Source: an uncultured bacterium (GTDB lineage: Bacteria > Krumholzibacteriota > Krumholzibacteriia > LZORAL124-64-63). Taken from it: a DNA stretch of 64,000 nt. Numbering within the stretch: the first letter of the stretch is position 1; the number at the start of each line of letters is the position of its first letter. The notes below the pieces were generated by a model that saw only the letters and a program-made list of their open reading frames with translations, had not been told where the DNA came from and made no database searches. This document shows, piece after piece, positions 53,176 to 61,413 of the stretch. Location of the stretch: positions 17,933-81,932 of the forward strand of contig CALEMW010000069.1 of assembly GCA_937910695.1 (NCBI GenBank), read 5' to 3'. The position numbers and the translations under genes were made by a program.

Positions 53176-54776
53176 AAGCCTACCTACCCGCGATCATCGA
53201 AATCCTCGCCCTGCTCGTGATCTGGCTGCTCGCCACGGCCGTGAGCGGTCCGCTGCGCCGACGGCTGCACCGCGACGCGGGCAAGCTGCGCCCCATCTCC
53301 ATCATCGTCGACCTGCTTGCCCACGTGTCGCGTCCCCTGCTGGTACTGGCGTTCACGGAACTTGCGGTGCTGGCGGCCGCGCCGAGTCTTCAACTCGACA
53401 CATGGGTCACGACGCGGATGAGCCACCTCATCGCCTGGCGCATATTTTGGCTGGGCATGCTGGGCATCCTGATGGTCGAAGGCGTGATCAAGTCGGTCTT
53501 CCGCTGGCGGCGCCGCACCTTCCCCGTACCCGACCTGCTCGAGAAGATCATGCGCGGCGCGCTGGTGCTGGCGGTGGCCTTCCTGACGCTGCGCGTGGAG
53601 ATGGGCGTGGACATAGGTCCGCTGCTGGCCTCGACGGCGCTGTTGTCGGCGGTGATCGGTTTCGCGTTGCAGGGCGTGCTGGGCAACCTGCTCGCGGGCA
53701 TGTCGCTGCACCTGGTCCGTACGTTGAAGCCTGGACTGTGGATCGAAGTGGACGGCATCGAGGGCAAGGTCGTCACCACCAACTGGCGCGAGACGCGCAT
53801 CCGCACCCGCGGCGGCCATCTGCACGTGCTGCCCAACGCCAAGGTGGCCGAGGCCCGCGTCCACAACCTGAACGATCCCACGCCCATGCGCATGCACGCC
53901 GTCGAGGTGGGGGCCAGCTACAGCGATGCTCCGGACGAGGTGATCGCGGCGCTGATCGAGGCGGCGCACAGCGTGCCCGAGGTCAAAGCGCACCCCGAGC
54001 CTGCGGCCGTCATCACCGCCTACATGGACTTCGGCATCAACTACCGACTGATGTACTGGACCTCCGACTACCCTCGTCACATCGCCATCGACGGCCAGGT
54101 CAACAGGATGATCTGGTACAAGTTCAAACGCCGCGGCATCGAGATCCCCTTCCCCATGAGCGACAAGCTGCTCAACGACTTCATGGCCGTGGTCTACAAC
54201 CAGCGGAAGCTGCCGCCGTCGGACGCGGACGTCGAGACCACGGTCCGCGACCTGGCGCTCAGCGACCTGGCCAACTCGTTGATCGCGAACGCCGACGGCG
54301 AACCGTTGCTGAACCACGACGACCTGCTAACCATCGCACCCTTGGTCCGCCGTCTTCCCTACACTCACGGAGAAGTTCTCTGCACCCAGGGCGACGAAGG
54401 TGAAACCTTCTGGGTCCTTGCATCGGGCGAGCTGACCGGCACGGTGAATCAGGACGGCGATGTTGCCGCGGCGTTCACCTTGAAGCCGGGCTGCGTCGTC
54501 GGCGAGATGAGCGCCCTGACCGGCGTGCCCCGCAGCGCCACCATCGCGGTGAGCGCTCCTTCGATTCTCTTGGAGTTTGGCCCGGAAGCGTTCCGCGCCT
54601 TGCTGAGTCTCCACGAGAACATCCCAATCCATCTGAGCGAACTGGCCGCAGCCCGCGCCGCCAAGAACCGTACGGCTCTCGAAGCGTTGGCCAAGAGGAA
54701 AGCCGACGCCGGCGAAGTCGTGCTCGAACAGACCAATATCCTGAAACGCCTGCTGCGCATCGTGAAGAGAGGCTGA
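53172..54776 (+). CDS. MscS-family channel fused to a C-terminal cyclic-nucleotide-binding domain (bCNG-type channel).
   Basis: A TTG start follows AAGGAAGG. TM helices are followed by an MscS core (LLSAVIGFALQGVLGNLLAGMSLHLVRTLKPGLWIEVDGIEGKVVTTNWRETRIRTRGGHLHVLPN). The C-terminal CAP-family cNMP-binding domain is GEVLCTQGDEGETFWVLASGEL...GCVVGEMSALTGVPRSATI. Confidence 0.7.
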   Translation: MKAYLPAIIEILALLVIWLLATAVSGPLRRRLHRDAGKLRPISIIVDLLAHVSRPLLVLAFTELAVLAAAPSLQLDTWVTTRMSHLIAWRIFWLGMLGILMVEGVIKSVFRWRRRTFPVPDLLEKIMRGALVLAVAFLTLRVEMGVDIGPLLASTALLSAVIGFALQGVLGNLLAGMSLHLVRTLKPGLWIEVDGIEGKVVTTNWRETRIRTRGGHLHVLPNAKVAEARVHNLNDPTPMRMHAVEVGASYSDAPDEVIAALIEAAHSVPEVKAHPEPAAVITAYMDFGINYRLMYWTSDYPRHIAIDGQVNRMIWYKFKRRGIEIPFPMSDKLLNDFMAVVYNQRKLPPSDADVETTVRDLALSDLANSLIANADGEPLLNHDDLLTIAPLVRRLPYTHGEVLCTQGDEGETFWVLASGELTGTVNQDGDVAAAFTLKPGCVVGEMSALTGVPRSATIAVSAPSILLEFGPEAFRALLSLHENIPIHLSELAAARAAKNRTALEALAKRKADAGEVVLEQTNILKRLLRIVKRG

Positions 54777-54778
54777 CC

Positions 54779-55534
54779 TTGGGACGAACACTGTCTACGA
54801 TGATCCTGGTTGTCGCGTTGAGCGCGACGACCGCCGGCGCCGGCGTGATCCTCAACACCCTCGACGCCATCGGCGCCGACGGCACGGGTTGGTCCGGAGG
54901 CCTCGACGGCAGCTTCAGCGCCACCGGCGGCAACACCGACCAGGTGACCCTGAGCGCCGGCGGCCGCACCGTGTGGCGGGGCGAGCGAGACATGTGGCAG
55001 CTGAGGGGCAACATGGAGTACCAGGAGACCTCGTCGCGGGAGTCGGCGCGCTCGGTAGTCGGCCACCTGCGCCAGAACCACAGCCTGGTCGGCACGCTGC
55101 ACAGCGTGGCCTTCGCCCAGATACAGCACAATCCCTTCCAGCGCCTCCAGTCACGCTGGCTCTTCGGCGCCGGCGGCCGCTGGGACGTGCTCGACGATCA
55201 GCAAGGCAGCCTCTCGCTCGGCGCCACCCACATGGTCGAGATCGAACGCATCGAGGACGAGCAGGGCCGCGACACGGACCAGAGGCTCTCGGCGTTCCTG
55301 TTCGCTTCGCGCCGGTTGAGTCCGTCGCTGAAGCTGAGCGCCGTCGGCTTCATCCAGCCCTTGTGGTCCGACCTGGACGATCGCCGCGCCATGGGCAATC
55401 TCGCCCTCGAAGTTTCGCTGACCGAGACGGTATCGCTGAAGGTGGGAGGAGCGTTGGAATACGATTCGCACCCGCCGGCAGGCGTCGACACGAAGGATTG
55501 GCAGACCACGACCGGGCTGGGCGTCCGTTTCTAG
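54779..55534 (+). CDS. DUF481-domain outer-membrane protein.
   Basis: A TTG start follows GAGAGG; ATG 54800 is an alternative. A signal peptide is present. The C-terminal sequence ...SLKVGGALEYDSHPPAGVDTKDWQTTTGLGVRF is the DUF481 signature, with terminal Phe. Confidence 0.6.
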   Translation: MGRTLSTMILVVALSATTAGAGVILNTLDAIGADGTGWSGGLDGSFSATGGNTDQVTLSAGGRTVWRGERDMWQLRGNMEYQETSSRESARSVVGHLRQNHSLVGTLHSVAFAQIQHNPFQRLQSRWLFGAGGRWDVLDDQQGSLSLGATHMVEIERIEDEQGRDTDQRLSAFLFASRRLSPSLKLSAVGFIQPLWSDLDDRRAMGNLALEVSLTETVSLKVGGALEYDSHPPAGVDTKDWQTTTGLGVRF

Positions 55535-55571
55535 CCTTGTCGGGACCATCACGATCGCCATGGGAGACGTC

Positions 55572-56870
55572 ATGACCAGAATCGTCATCGCCGTACTGTT
55601 GATCGCTCTCGCCGCCCCGGTCGTCGCCAATACGGCCGCCGCCGATTCGACCATCCTCGCCATCCAGTCCATGGTGGGCGAACTCCGTGAAAAGCCCTTC
55701 CTCACCACCGTTCCGGTGCGCGACCAGGGCGTCGAGGCCTTCGGCGCCTACCTCGACGCCGAACTCGCCAAGCAGATCCCCGACGATCTGGCCGCCGACT
55801 ACGACGCCGTGGTGCGCGCCGTGGGCCTGTACCGCGGTCCGGTCATCGACGACTACCGCGCCACGATGAAGGCCGTCATGCTCAGCCAGGCCGCCGCCTA
55901 CTACGACCCCGCCACCGAGGCCTTCTACGTGGTGATGGGCGACATGCCCGACCAGCTGTTCCGCCCCGTCGTCGCCCACGAGATCACCCACGGCCTGCAG
56001 GACCAGTACTTCGACCTCGACGCCTTCGTCCTGGCGCCTTCGGCCGGCGGACTGAACGACGACGAACTCAACGCCCGCGCCGCCGTCGTCGAAGGCGAGG
56101 CCACCTACGTCATGACGCTGTTCAGCGTCTACGACATGCTCGGCATGGTGCCGGACCGCGCCCTGCTCGGCCCGGCCGTGGCGCTGCAGGCCGGCATGAG
56201 CACCGACCAGCTCAAGCAGATGATGGCGATGCCGCAGGACGGCGTCGACCTCGGCCCCGACATGGCCGCGGCCCTCGAGGCCATGGACACCATCCCCGCC
56301 TTCATCATGGAGACCATGGTGGGCGCCTATCTCAAGGGCTGCGCCTTCGTCTACGATGTGCAGGGGCAAGGCTGGTCCGCCGTCGACTCCTTGTACACCC
56401 ATCCTCCTGTGTCCACCGAACAGATCCTCCACCCCGAGAAGTACGCCGCCGGCGAAGCCCCCTCCGCGTTCACCGACGTCGGCGACGCCGGCGGCCTGCT
56501 CGCGGACTGGCGCCTGCTGCGCGCCAACACCCTGGGCGAACTGCAGTGGCGCATCGTGTTCGCCGAGCACGGCCAGGGCGACATCGCAATTCCCCTGGCC
56601 GAGGGCTGGGACGGCGACCGCTATGCCGTGTACGAACGTGATGGTGCGACTCTGCTGCTCTTGGCCACCCATTGGGACACCGAAAACGACGCAGCGGACT
56701 TCGAGGCCGGGTATCACGAAGTGTTGGCGGCGAAGGAATTGCCTGAAGGCGTGGCAGGGTTGATCGAGCGACGTGGTCGCTACGTTGGGATCGTCGAGGG
56801 CGGCAATGGGGAGTTGGCGGCGGAAGCGTTGGCGTATTTGGCGACGACCTTGGCAAAATCGGGGAAATAA
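55572..56870 (+). CDS. Secreted putative zinc metallopeptidase (HExxH).
   Basis: A GGGAGA RBS precedes MTRIVIAVLLIALAAPVVANTAAA. The motif PVVAHEITHGLQDQY is present, and a downstream Glu-rich region could supply the third ligand. The family is not assigned. The earlier ATG at 55560 is an alternative. Confidence 0.5.
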   Translation: MTRIVIAVLLIALAAPVVANTAAADSTILAIQSMVGELREKPFLTTVPVRDQGVEAFGAYLDAELAKQIPDDLAADYDAVVRAVGLYRGPVIDDYRATMKAVMLSQAAAYYDPATEAFYVVMGDMPDQLFRPVVAHEITHGLQDQYFDLDAFVLAPSAGGLNDDELNARAAVVEGEATYVMTLFSVYDMLGMVPDRALLGPAVALQAGMSTDQLKQMMAMPQDGVDLGPDMAAALEAMDTIPAFIMETMVGAYLKGCAFVYDVQGQGWSAVDSLYTHPPVSTEQILHPEKYAAGEAPSAFTDVGDAGGLLADWRLLRANTLGELQWRIVFAEHGQGDIAIPLAEGWDGDRYAVYERDGATLLLLATHWDTENDAADFEAGYHEVLAAKELPEGVAGLIERRGRYVGIVEGGNGELAAEALAYLATTLAKSGK

Positions 56871-57020
56871 TCCCATAACCTCGAATTTCTCAATCCCCTA
56901 TATCGATCAATGCTGATATTTATTCAAAATATATGATCCATATTCTCATCTCACGACGCGTATCACTTCACGAAACGAACCCGGCGGTCGAGTTCGTTAT
57001 GATTCCCTTCGGAGGTCCCC

Positions 57021-57641
57021 ATGATCACCAGGCTCAAGATCCCCGCCCTGCTGTCCACCCTTCTGATCGTAATCACGCTCGTCCCTTCCCTCGTGCAGGC
57101 CCAATGCTCCACGAGCGTCGACAACCAGGCCGCCGACGGCACCGCCGTGTTCGGCTTGCGCTGGGACGGCGTCCGCATCAATTGCGGCCAGAGCATCACC
57201 CTGGCCTGCGACAGCCGCCTGCTGAGCGCGGGTTTCCGGATGCAGAGCGCCCCGAGCGGCGAATACAACGGCGTGCCCTACGTGAACATGGGCGACCTGC
57301 TGTCGGTCGACATCGTGGATCAGAGCTTCAACATCGTGGCGACCGGCACCGCCGCCGTCAGCCACTCCACGGGATTCGATTGGGTGACGGTGGACTTCAC
57401 GACCCAGAACGTGAACCTGCCCGCCGGCGACTACCTGATCGGTGCCTATATCACCGCCGATAAGATCTCCTTCATCAACTACACGCCGACCGACGTCATC
57501 GACGGTCAGCGCCACTGGTACGCGCCCGGCAGTTGGGGCAACGCCACCGGCGGCGACGCCGTGATCCAGGCCACCTGGGAGGAACACCTGGTCGCGACCG
57601 ACACGGCGGACTGGGGTGAGATAAAATCCATGTACCGCTAG
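57021..57641 (+). CDS. Secreted hypothetical protein.
   Basis: A GGAGG RBS precedes the signal peptide MITRLKIPALLSTLLIVITLVPSLVQAQ. There are several Cys residues in the mature part. No family was recognised. Confidence 0.4.
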   Translation: MITRLKIPALLSTLLIVITLVPSLVQAQCSTSVDNQAADGTAVFGLRWDGVRINCGQSITLACDSRLLSAGFRMQSAPSGEYNGVPYVNMGDLLSVDIVDQSFNIVATGTAAVSHSTGFDWVTVDFTTQNVNLPAGDYLIGAYITADKISFINYTPTDVIDGQRHWYAPGSWGNATGGDAVIQATWEEHLVATDTADWGEIKSMYR

Positions 57642-57647
57642 GCGGCT

Positions 57648-59897
57648 CTATGAGGCCGGAGGCTCATCCTCCGGCCTGTCCTCCGGCAGGCGACTGCGCA
57701 CCGCCGTGTCGACGTCGGTCGTCTCGCTCGAATCGAGCAGGTCGCCCGTGAACAGGCTCGCGTTGTGGACGAAGAACACGCTCGGCAGGTCTCCCACCAG
57801 CTGTTCCAGACGCTCCGCCGCTTCGGCCTCGTCCCCCGGAGCAGTGGGCGCCAGCCCCAGGAACACCACGTCCGCATCGGCGCTTTCGGCCTGGATCATC
57901 TCGCGCACGCTCATGTCCTTGACCTTCAGGTGAATCTCGTAGTCCGCATCGATGCGGATCACCCCGAGCATGCGCTGGAGGAACTGGGCGGTCTGCTCCT
58001 TCATGGTCTCGGTGGTGGCTACGCTCTTGATGCGCACGCGGGCGTCGCGCCACTCGGCGTTGCGGGTCAGCAGGTAGGCCAGCAGGAGCATGAGGTCGCC
58101 GTTGTTCTGCAGGCCGCCCCACCAGACATCCACCACACGCCGCCCCTTGCGGCGAAACGCCGTACGGAGCTTGAAGCGACCCACGACCAGGGATTTGCCC
58201 AGCCGCGCGAGTCGTCGCTGGACACGGAGGAACTCGGCCTGCAGCTCCGGCGATGTCGGCCAGCCCAGGATCACCGTGTTGCTGGAGAGGCCGGCCATGC
58301 CGTTGGCCTGGGCCACGCTGACGATCCCCTCGGCGAGGTTGCGCACGACATCCACCTCGGGGAACACGACCAGCTCCTCATCCTCCAGGATTCTCTTCAT
58401 GGACTCGAGCCGCGCGGCGATTCCCAGATCCTTCTCCGCGAGGTCGCCCTCCACCAGTTCGCACACCGTCACCACGCCGCGCCCCTGGCTGAACCAGTCG
58501 GCATAGCGTACGAGGTCGAGTTCGCGCTCCACGCCGTCGACGAAGACAAGCGTGTGCGGGCGCCAGTTGCGCGAGCTGACCGGGCGTTCCGCCAGCCGCA
58601 CCAGGGCCCAGCGGATCAGGCTCTCGAAGAGACCGCGGCGCGCGTCGCCCCAGCCGGCGGCCCGTTCCTTGCGGGACAGAAGCAGCCACAGCAGCAGCTC
58701 GGCAACCAACGCCACGAACGCAGGCAACGGGGAGATCAGGAACATGACCGCCAAGCAGCCGATGCCGCCGATCAGGCTCACCGACCAGTGCACCCGCAGC
58801 TGCGGGCGCCATGAGGGGTCGCCGCTGAGGGTCTCGAAGGCGGCCACGAAGTTGGTCGTGCCGTAGACCGTCAAAAAGAACATCGAGACCACGGTGGCCA
58901 CGGCGTTCAGGTCGCCCAGCAGCACCGCGGCCAGGGCGATGAGCAGCGACAGGGACATGCCGGGCACCAGTTCCAGGGACGGCTTGCCCAGACCGGCGAA
59001 GAACCTCGGCGCCAATCCGTCTCGGGCCAGGGCCTGCAGCGTGCGCGGCGCACCCAGCACCGAACCCACCGCCGAGGAGAAGATGGCGCTCCACAGACCC
59101 GGCAACACCAGCCAGGCGCCGCCCAGGGCCACCGTGGTCCAGACCAGCGGGTCGGAGCGCAGGCTCTCGGGCGAGGCGGTGATCGCCAGACCGATCGGCA
59201 CCAGGAGGTAGACGACGAACCCCGTCGCCACTGCGAGGATCGCACCCCGCGGGATGGAGTGCCGGGGATCCTTCAGGTCCCCCGAAAGCCCGAGCCCGGC
59301 CATAGCGCCCGTCACAGCGGGAAAGAAGATGGCAAAGCCCTTCCAGAAATCGACCTCGCCCGTGCCGGCTGAGAGCTGCACCCCCGAGGGATCGCCGCCG
59401 GTGATCACACCCGCGGCGAAGGCGATCAGGGACAGCCCCACCACGGCCATCAGACCCACCTGGGCCTTGAGTGCCGCGCCCGCCCCGAACATCGACACCG
59501 CGCCGACGAACAGGATGATCACCGCGGCGGCCGGCTGCAGGGGCACGTCGGGCCAGACGAAGCGCAGCGATTCCGCGAGACCGAAGGAGTAGAGCGTCAC
59601 CGAGAAGGTCTGCGAGAGGAACAGTGGCAGCCCGATAGAGCCGCCGATCTCCAGCCCGAGGCTGCGGGAGATGATGTAATAGGCGCCGCCGACCCCCACG
59701 CGACCGTTGGTCGCGACCGAGGAGAAGGACAGCGTCGTGGCCGCCGTGATCACGTGGGCCAGCAGCACGATCACCAGGATTTTGAACAGACCGAGATGAC
59801 CGACCAGCCAGCCGAAGCGCAGATACATGATCACGCCGAGGATGGTCAGCACCGTCGGCGTGTAGACGCCGAGGAAGGTCCCGAGCTTCTTGTTCAT
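57648..59897 (-). CDS. SLC12-family cation-chloride cotransporter homologue (AA_permease core plus cytoplasmic C-terminal domain).
   Basis: The N-terminal MNKKLGTFLGVYTPTVLTILGVIMYLRFGWLVGHLG... and 12 TM segments are typical of bacterial CCC/SLC12 homologues. A ~300-aa soluble C-terminal domain follows. Confidence 0.75.
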   Translation of the reverse strand: MNKKLGTFLGVYTPTVLTILGVIMYLRFGWLVGHLGLFKILVIVLLAHVITAATTLSFSSVATNGRVGVGGAYYIISRSLGLEIGGSIGLPLFLSQTFSVTLYSFGLAESLRFVWPDVPLQPAAAVIILFVGAVSMFGAGAALKAQVGLMAVVGLSLIAFAAGVITGGDPSGVQLSAGTGEVDFWKGFAIFFPAVTGAMAGLGLSGDLKDPRHSIPRGAILAVATGFVVYLLVPIGLAITASPESLRSDPLVWTTVALGGAWLVLPGLWSAIFSSAVGSVLGAPRTLQALARDGLAPRFFAGLGKPSLELVPGMSLSLLIALAAVLLGDLNAVATVVSMFFLTVYGTTNFVAAFETLSGDPSWRPQLRVHWSVSLIGGIGCLAVMFLISPLPAFVALVAELLLWLLLSRKERAAGWGDARRGLFESLIRWALVRLAERPVSSRNWRPHTLVFVDGVERELDLVRYADWFSQGRGVVTVCELVEGDLAEKDLGIAARLESMKRILEDEELVVFPEVDVVRNLAEGIVSVAQANGMAGLSSNTVILGWPTSPELQAEFLRVQRRLARLGKSLVVGRFKLRTAFRRKGRRVVDVWWGGLQNNGDLMLLLAYLLTRNAEWRDARVRIKSVATTETMKEQTAQFLQRMLGVIRIDADYEIHLKVKDMSVREMIQAESADADVVFLGLAPTAPGDEAEAAERLEQLVGDLPSVFFVHNASLFTGDLLDSSETTDVDTAVRSRLPEDRPEDEPPAS

Positions 59898-60006
59898 GGC
59901 TGCAGGCTCCCGGATAGGCAGGACAATGATTCGGGGTCAACCTCCAGAAGACACCTCGCAACATCAATCCGTCACATAGTTTTTTTGGCTGAATCGAGAT
60001 GTTCAT

Positions 60007-61386
60007 GTGACAATCCTGAGGATCGATCTGTCTATAGGAGTCGATCCGCCGCCGTCCCGACCAGAAAGGCCACTCGTGTTCGACTTCATCTCACCTCTTC
60101 TGGAGCGGGATCTGTCCACGGAACGCATCGCCCTGCTCGCCATCATGGTGATGACGGCCGTGGTCGGCTATCCCCTGTCGCGTCTGCTGACCAGGGGGAT
60201 CCGACGCCGCCGGGATGACGTCACCGATCACGCCTCCCGCGGCCGGCGATTCATGCTGAACATCCCGGTGGTCATGGCCTGGCCAGTGCTGGCGGCCGTC
60301 CTCGCCATCGCCCCCCTACTGCTGCTGCCGGGCGCAGCGCCCAATTCGGACCGCCTGCCGGTCCTGACCCTCGCCTGGTTTCTTCTGCTGCACAACGGCA
60401 TCGACACGACGATCCGCCAGTACATGCAGCCCGGGCCCCACCGCCGCCGGCTGCGCTGGCTGGTGGTCCCGATCATCATGGCCGTAGCCGTCCTCGACCA
60501 GATGAGCCTGCTCGGCGACCTGTTCGAATACCTCAACCGACCGTTTCTGGTGATGGGCGGGGCGCACCTCTCCATCTTATCCGTGCTTTCGTCGTTCGGA
60601 CTCGCGCTGGTGTTCATCCTTGGCGCCCGCATGCTCTCGAATCTGATCTCCAACAGCATTCTGCCGAACCTGGGCGTGGAGCAGGCCCTCGCCGACGCCC
60701 TCGCCGCCGTCACCCGCTCGTTGATCATCGTTCTGGGCCTACTGGTGTCGGCCGACGCTATGGGCCTGGACATGAGCAGCCTTAAGATCGTGCTTGGCGC
60801 CCTGTCGGTCGGAATCGGCTTCGGTCTGCAGAACGTGGTGAACAACTTCGTCAGCGGACTGATCCTGATGTTCGAACGCACGATCAAGCGGGGCGACATT
60901 ATCCGCATCAACGAGACCGAGGGACGCGTCATGTCCATCGGCCTGCGCAGCAGCGTGGTGCGCACCCGTTCCGGCCACGACATCATCGTCCCCAACGGCG
61001 AACTCGTGGCGGGTCACGTGGACAACCTGAGCTTCACCGACGAGCACGTGCGCGTGGACGTGCCCATCGGCGTGAGCTACCGGGCCGACCCCCGGGAGGT
61101 GAGCGACATCCTGCTCGCCGTCACCCGCCGCACGCCCGACGTCGTGCCCTCGCCGCCGCCCGAAGTGCTCTTCACGGGCTATGGGGAAAGCTCCATAGAC
61201 TTCGAGGTCCGCGTGTGGGTGCACGGAGCCTGGACGCTGCCGCGCGTGCGCAGCGCGTTGCTGTTCGAGGCGTGGTACGAGCTGAAGAAGGCGGGCGTGG
61301 AGATTCCGTTCCCCCAGAGGGATCTGCACATCCGGAGCGGAGTCGTCGAAGTGGCGCAGTGCGATCCCGGGAAGGCCGGAGACTGA
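60007..61386 (+). CDS. Mechanosensitive channel, MscS family.
   Basis: The MscS pore and beta domain are LGALSVGIGFGLQNVVNNFVSGLILMFERTIKRGDIIRINETEGRVMSIGLRSSVVRTRSGHDIIVPNGEL. A GTG start is at 60007; ATG at ~60147 is an alternative. Confidence 0.7.
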   Translation: MTILRIDLSIGVDPPPSRPERPLVFDFISPLLERDLSTERIALLAIMVMTAVVGYPLSRLLTRGIRRRRDDVTDHASRGRRFMLNIPVVMAWPVLAAVLAIAPLLLLPGAAPNSDRLPVLTLAWFLLLHNGIDTTIRQYMQPGPHRRRLRWLVVPIIMAVAVLDQMSLLGDLFEYLNRPFLVMGGAHLSILSVLSSFGLALVFILGARMLSNLISNSILPNLGVEQALADALAAVTRSLIIVLGLLVSADAMGLDMSSLKIVLGALSVGIGFGLQNVVNNFVSGLILMFERTIKRGDIIRINETEGRVMSIGLRSSVVRTRSGHDIIVPNGELVAGHVDNLSFTDEHVRVDVPIGVSYRADPREVSDILLAVTRRTPDVVPSPPPEVLFTGYGESSIDFEVRVWVHGAWTLPRVRSALLFEAWYELKKAGVEIPFPQRDLHIRSGVVEVAQCDPGKAGD

Positions 61387-61413
61387 CTACGCCACCCTTC
61401 GCCTCGTTGATGA

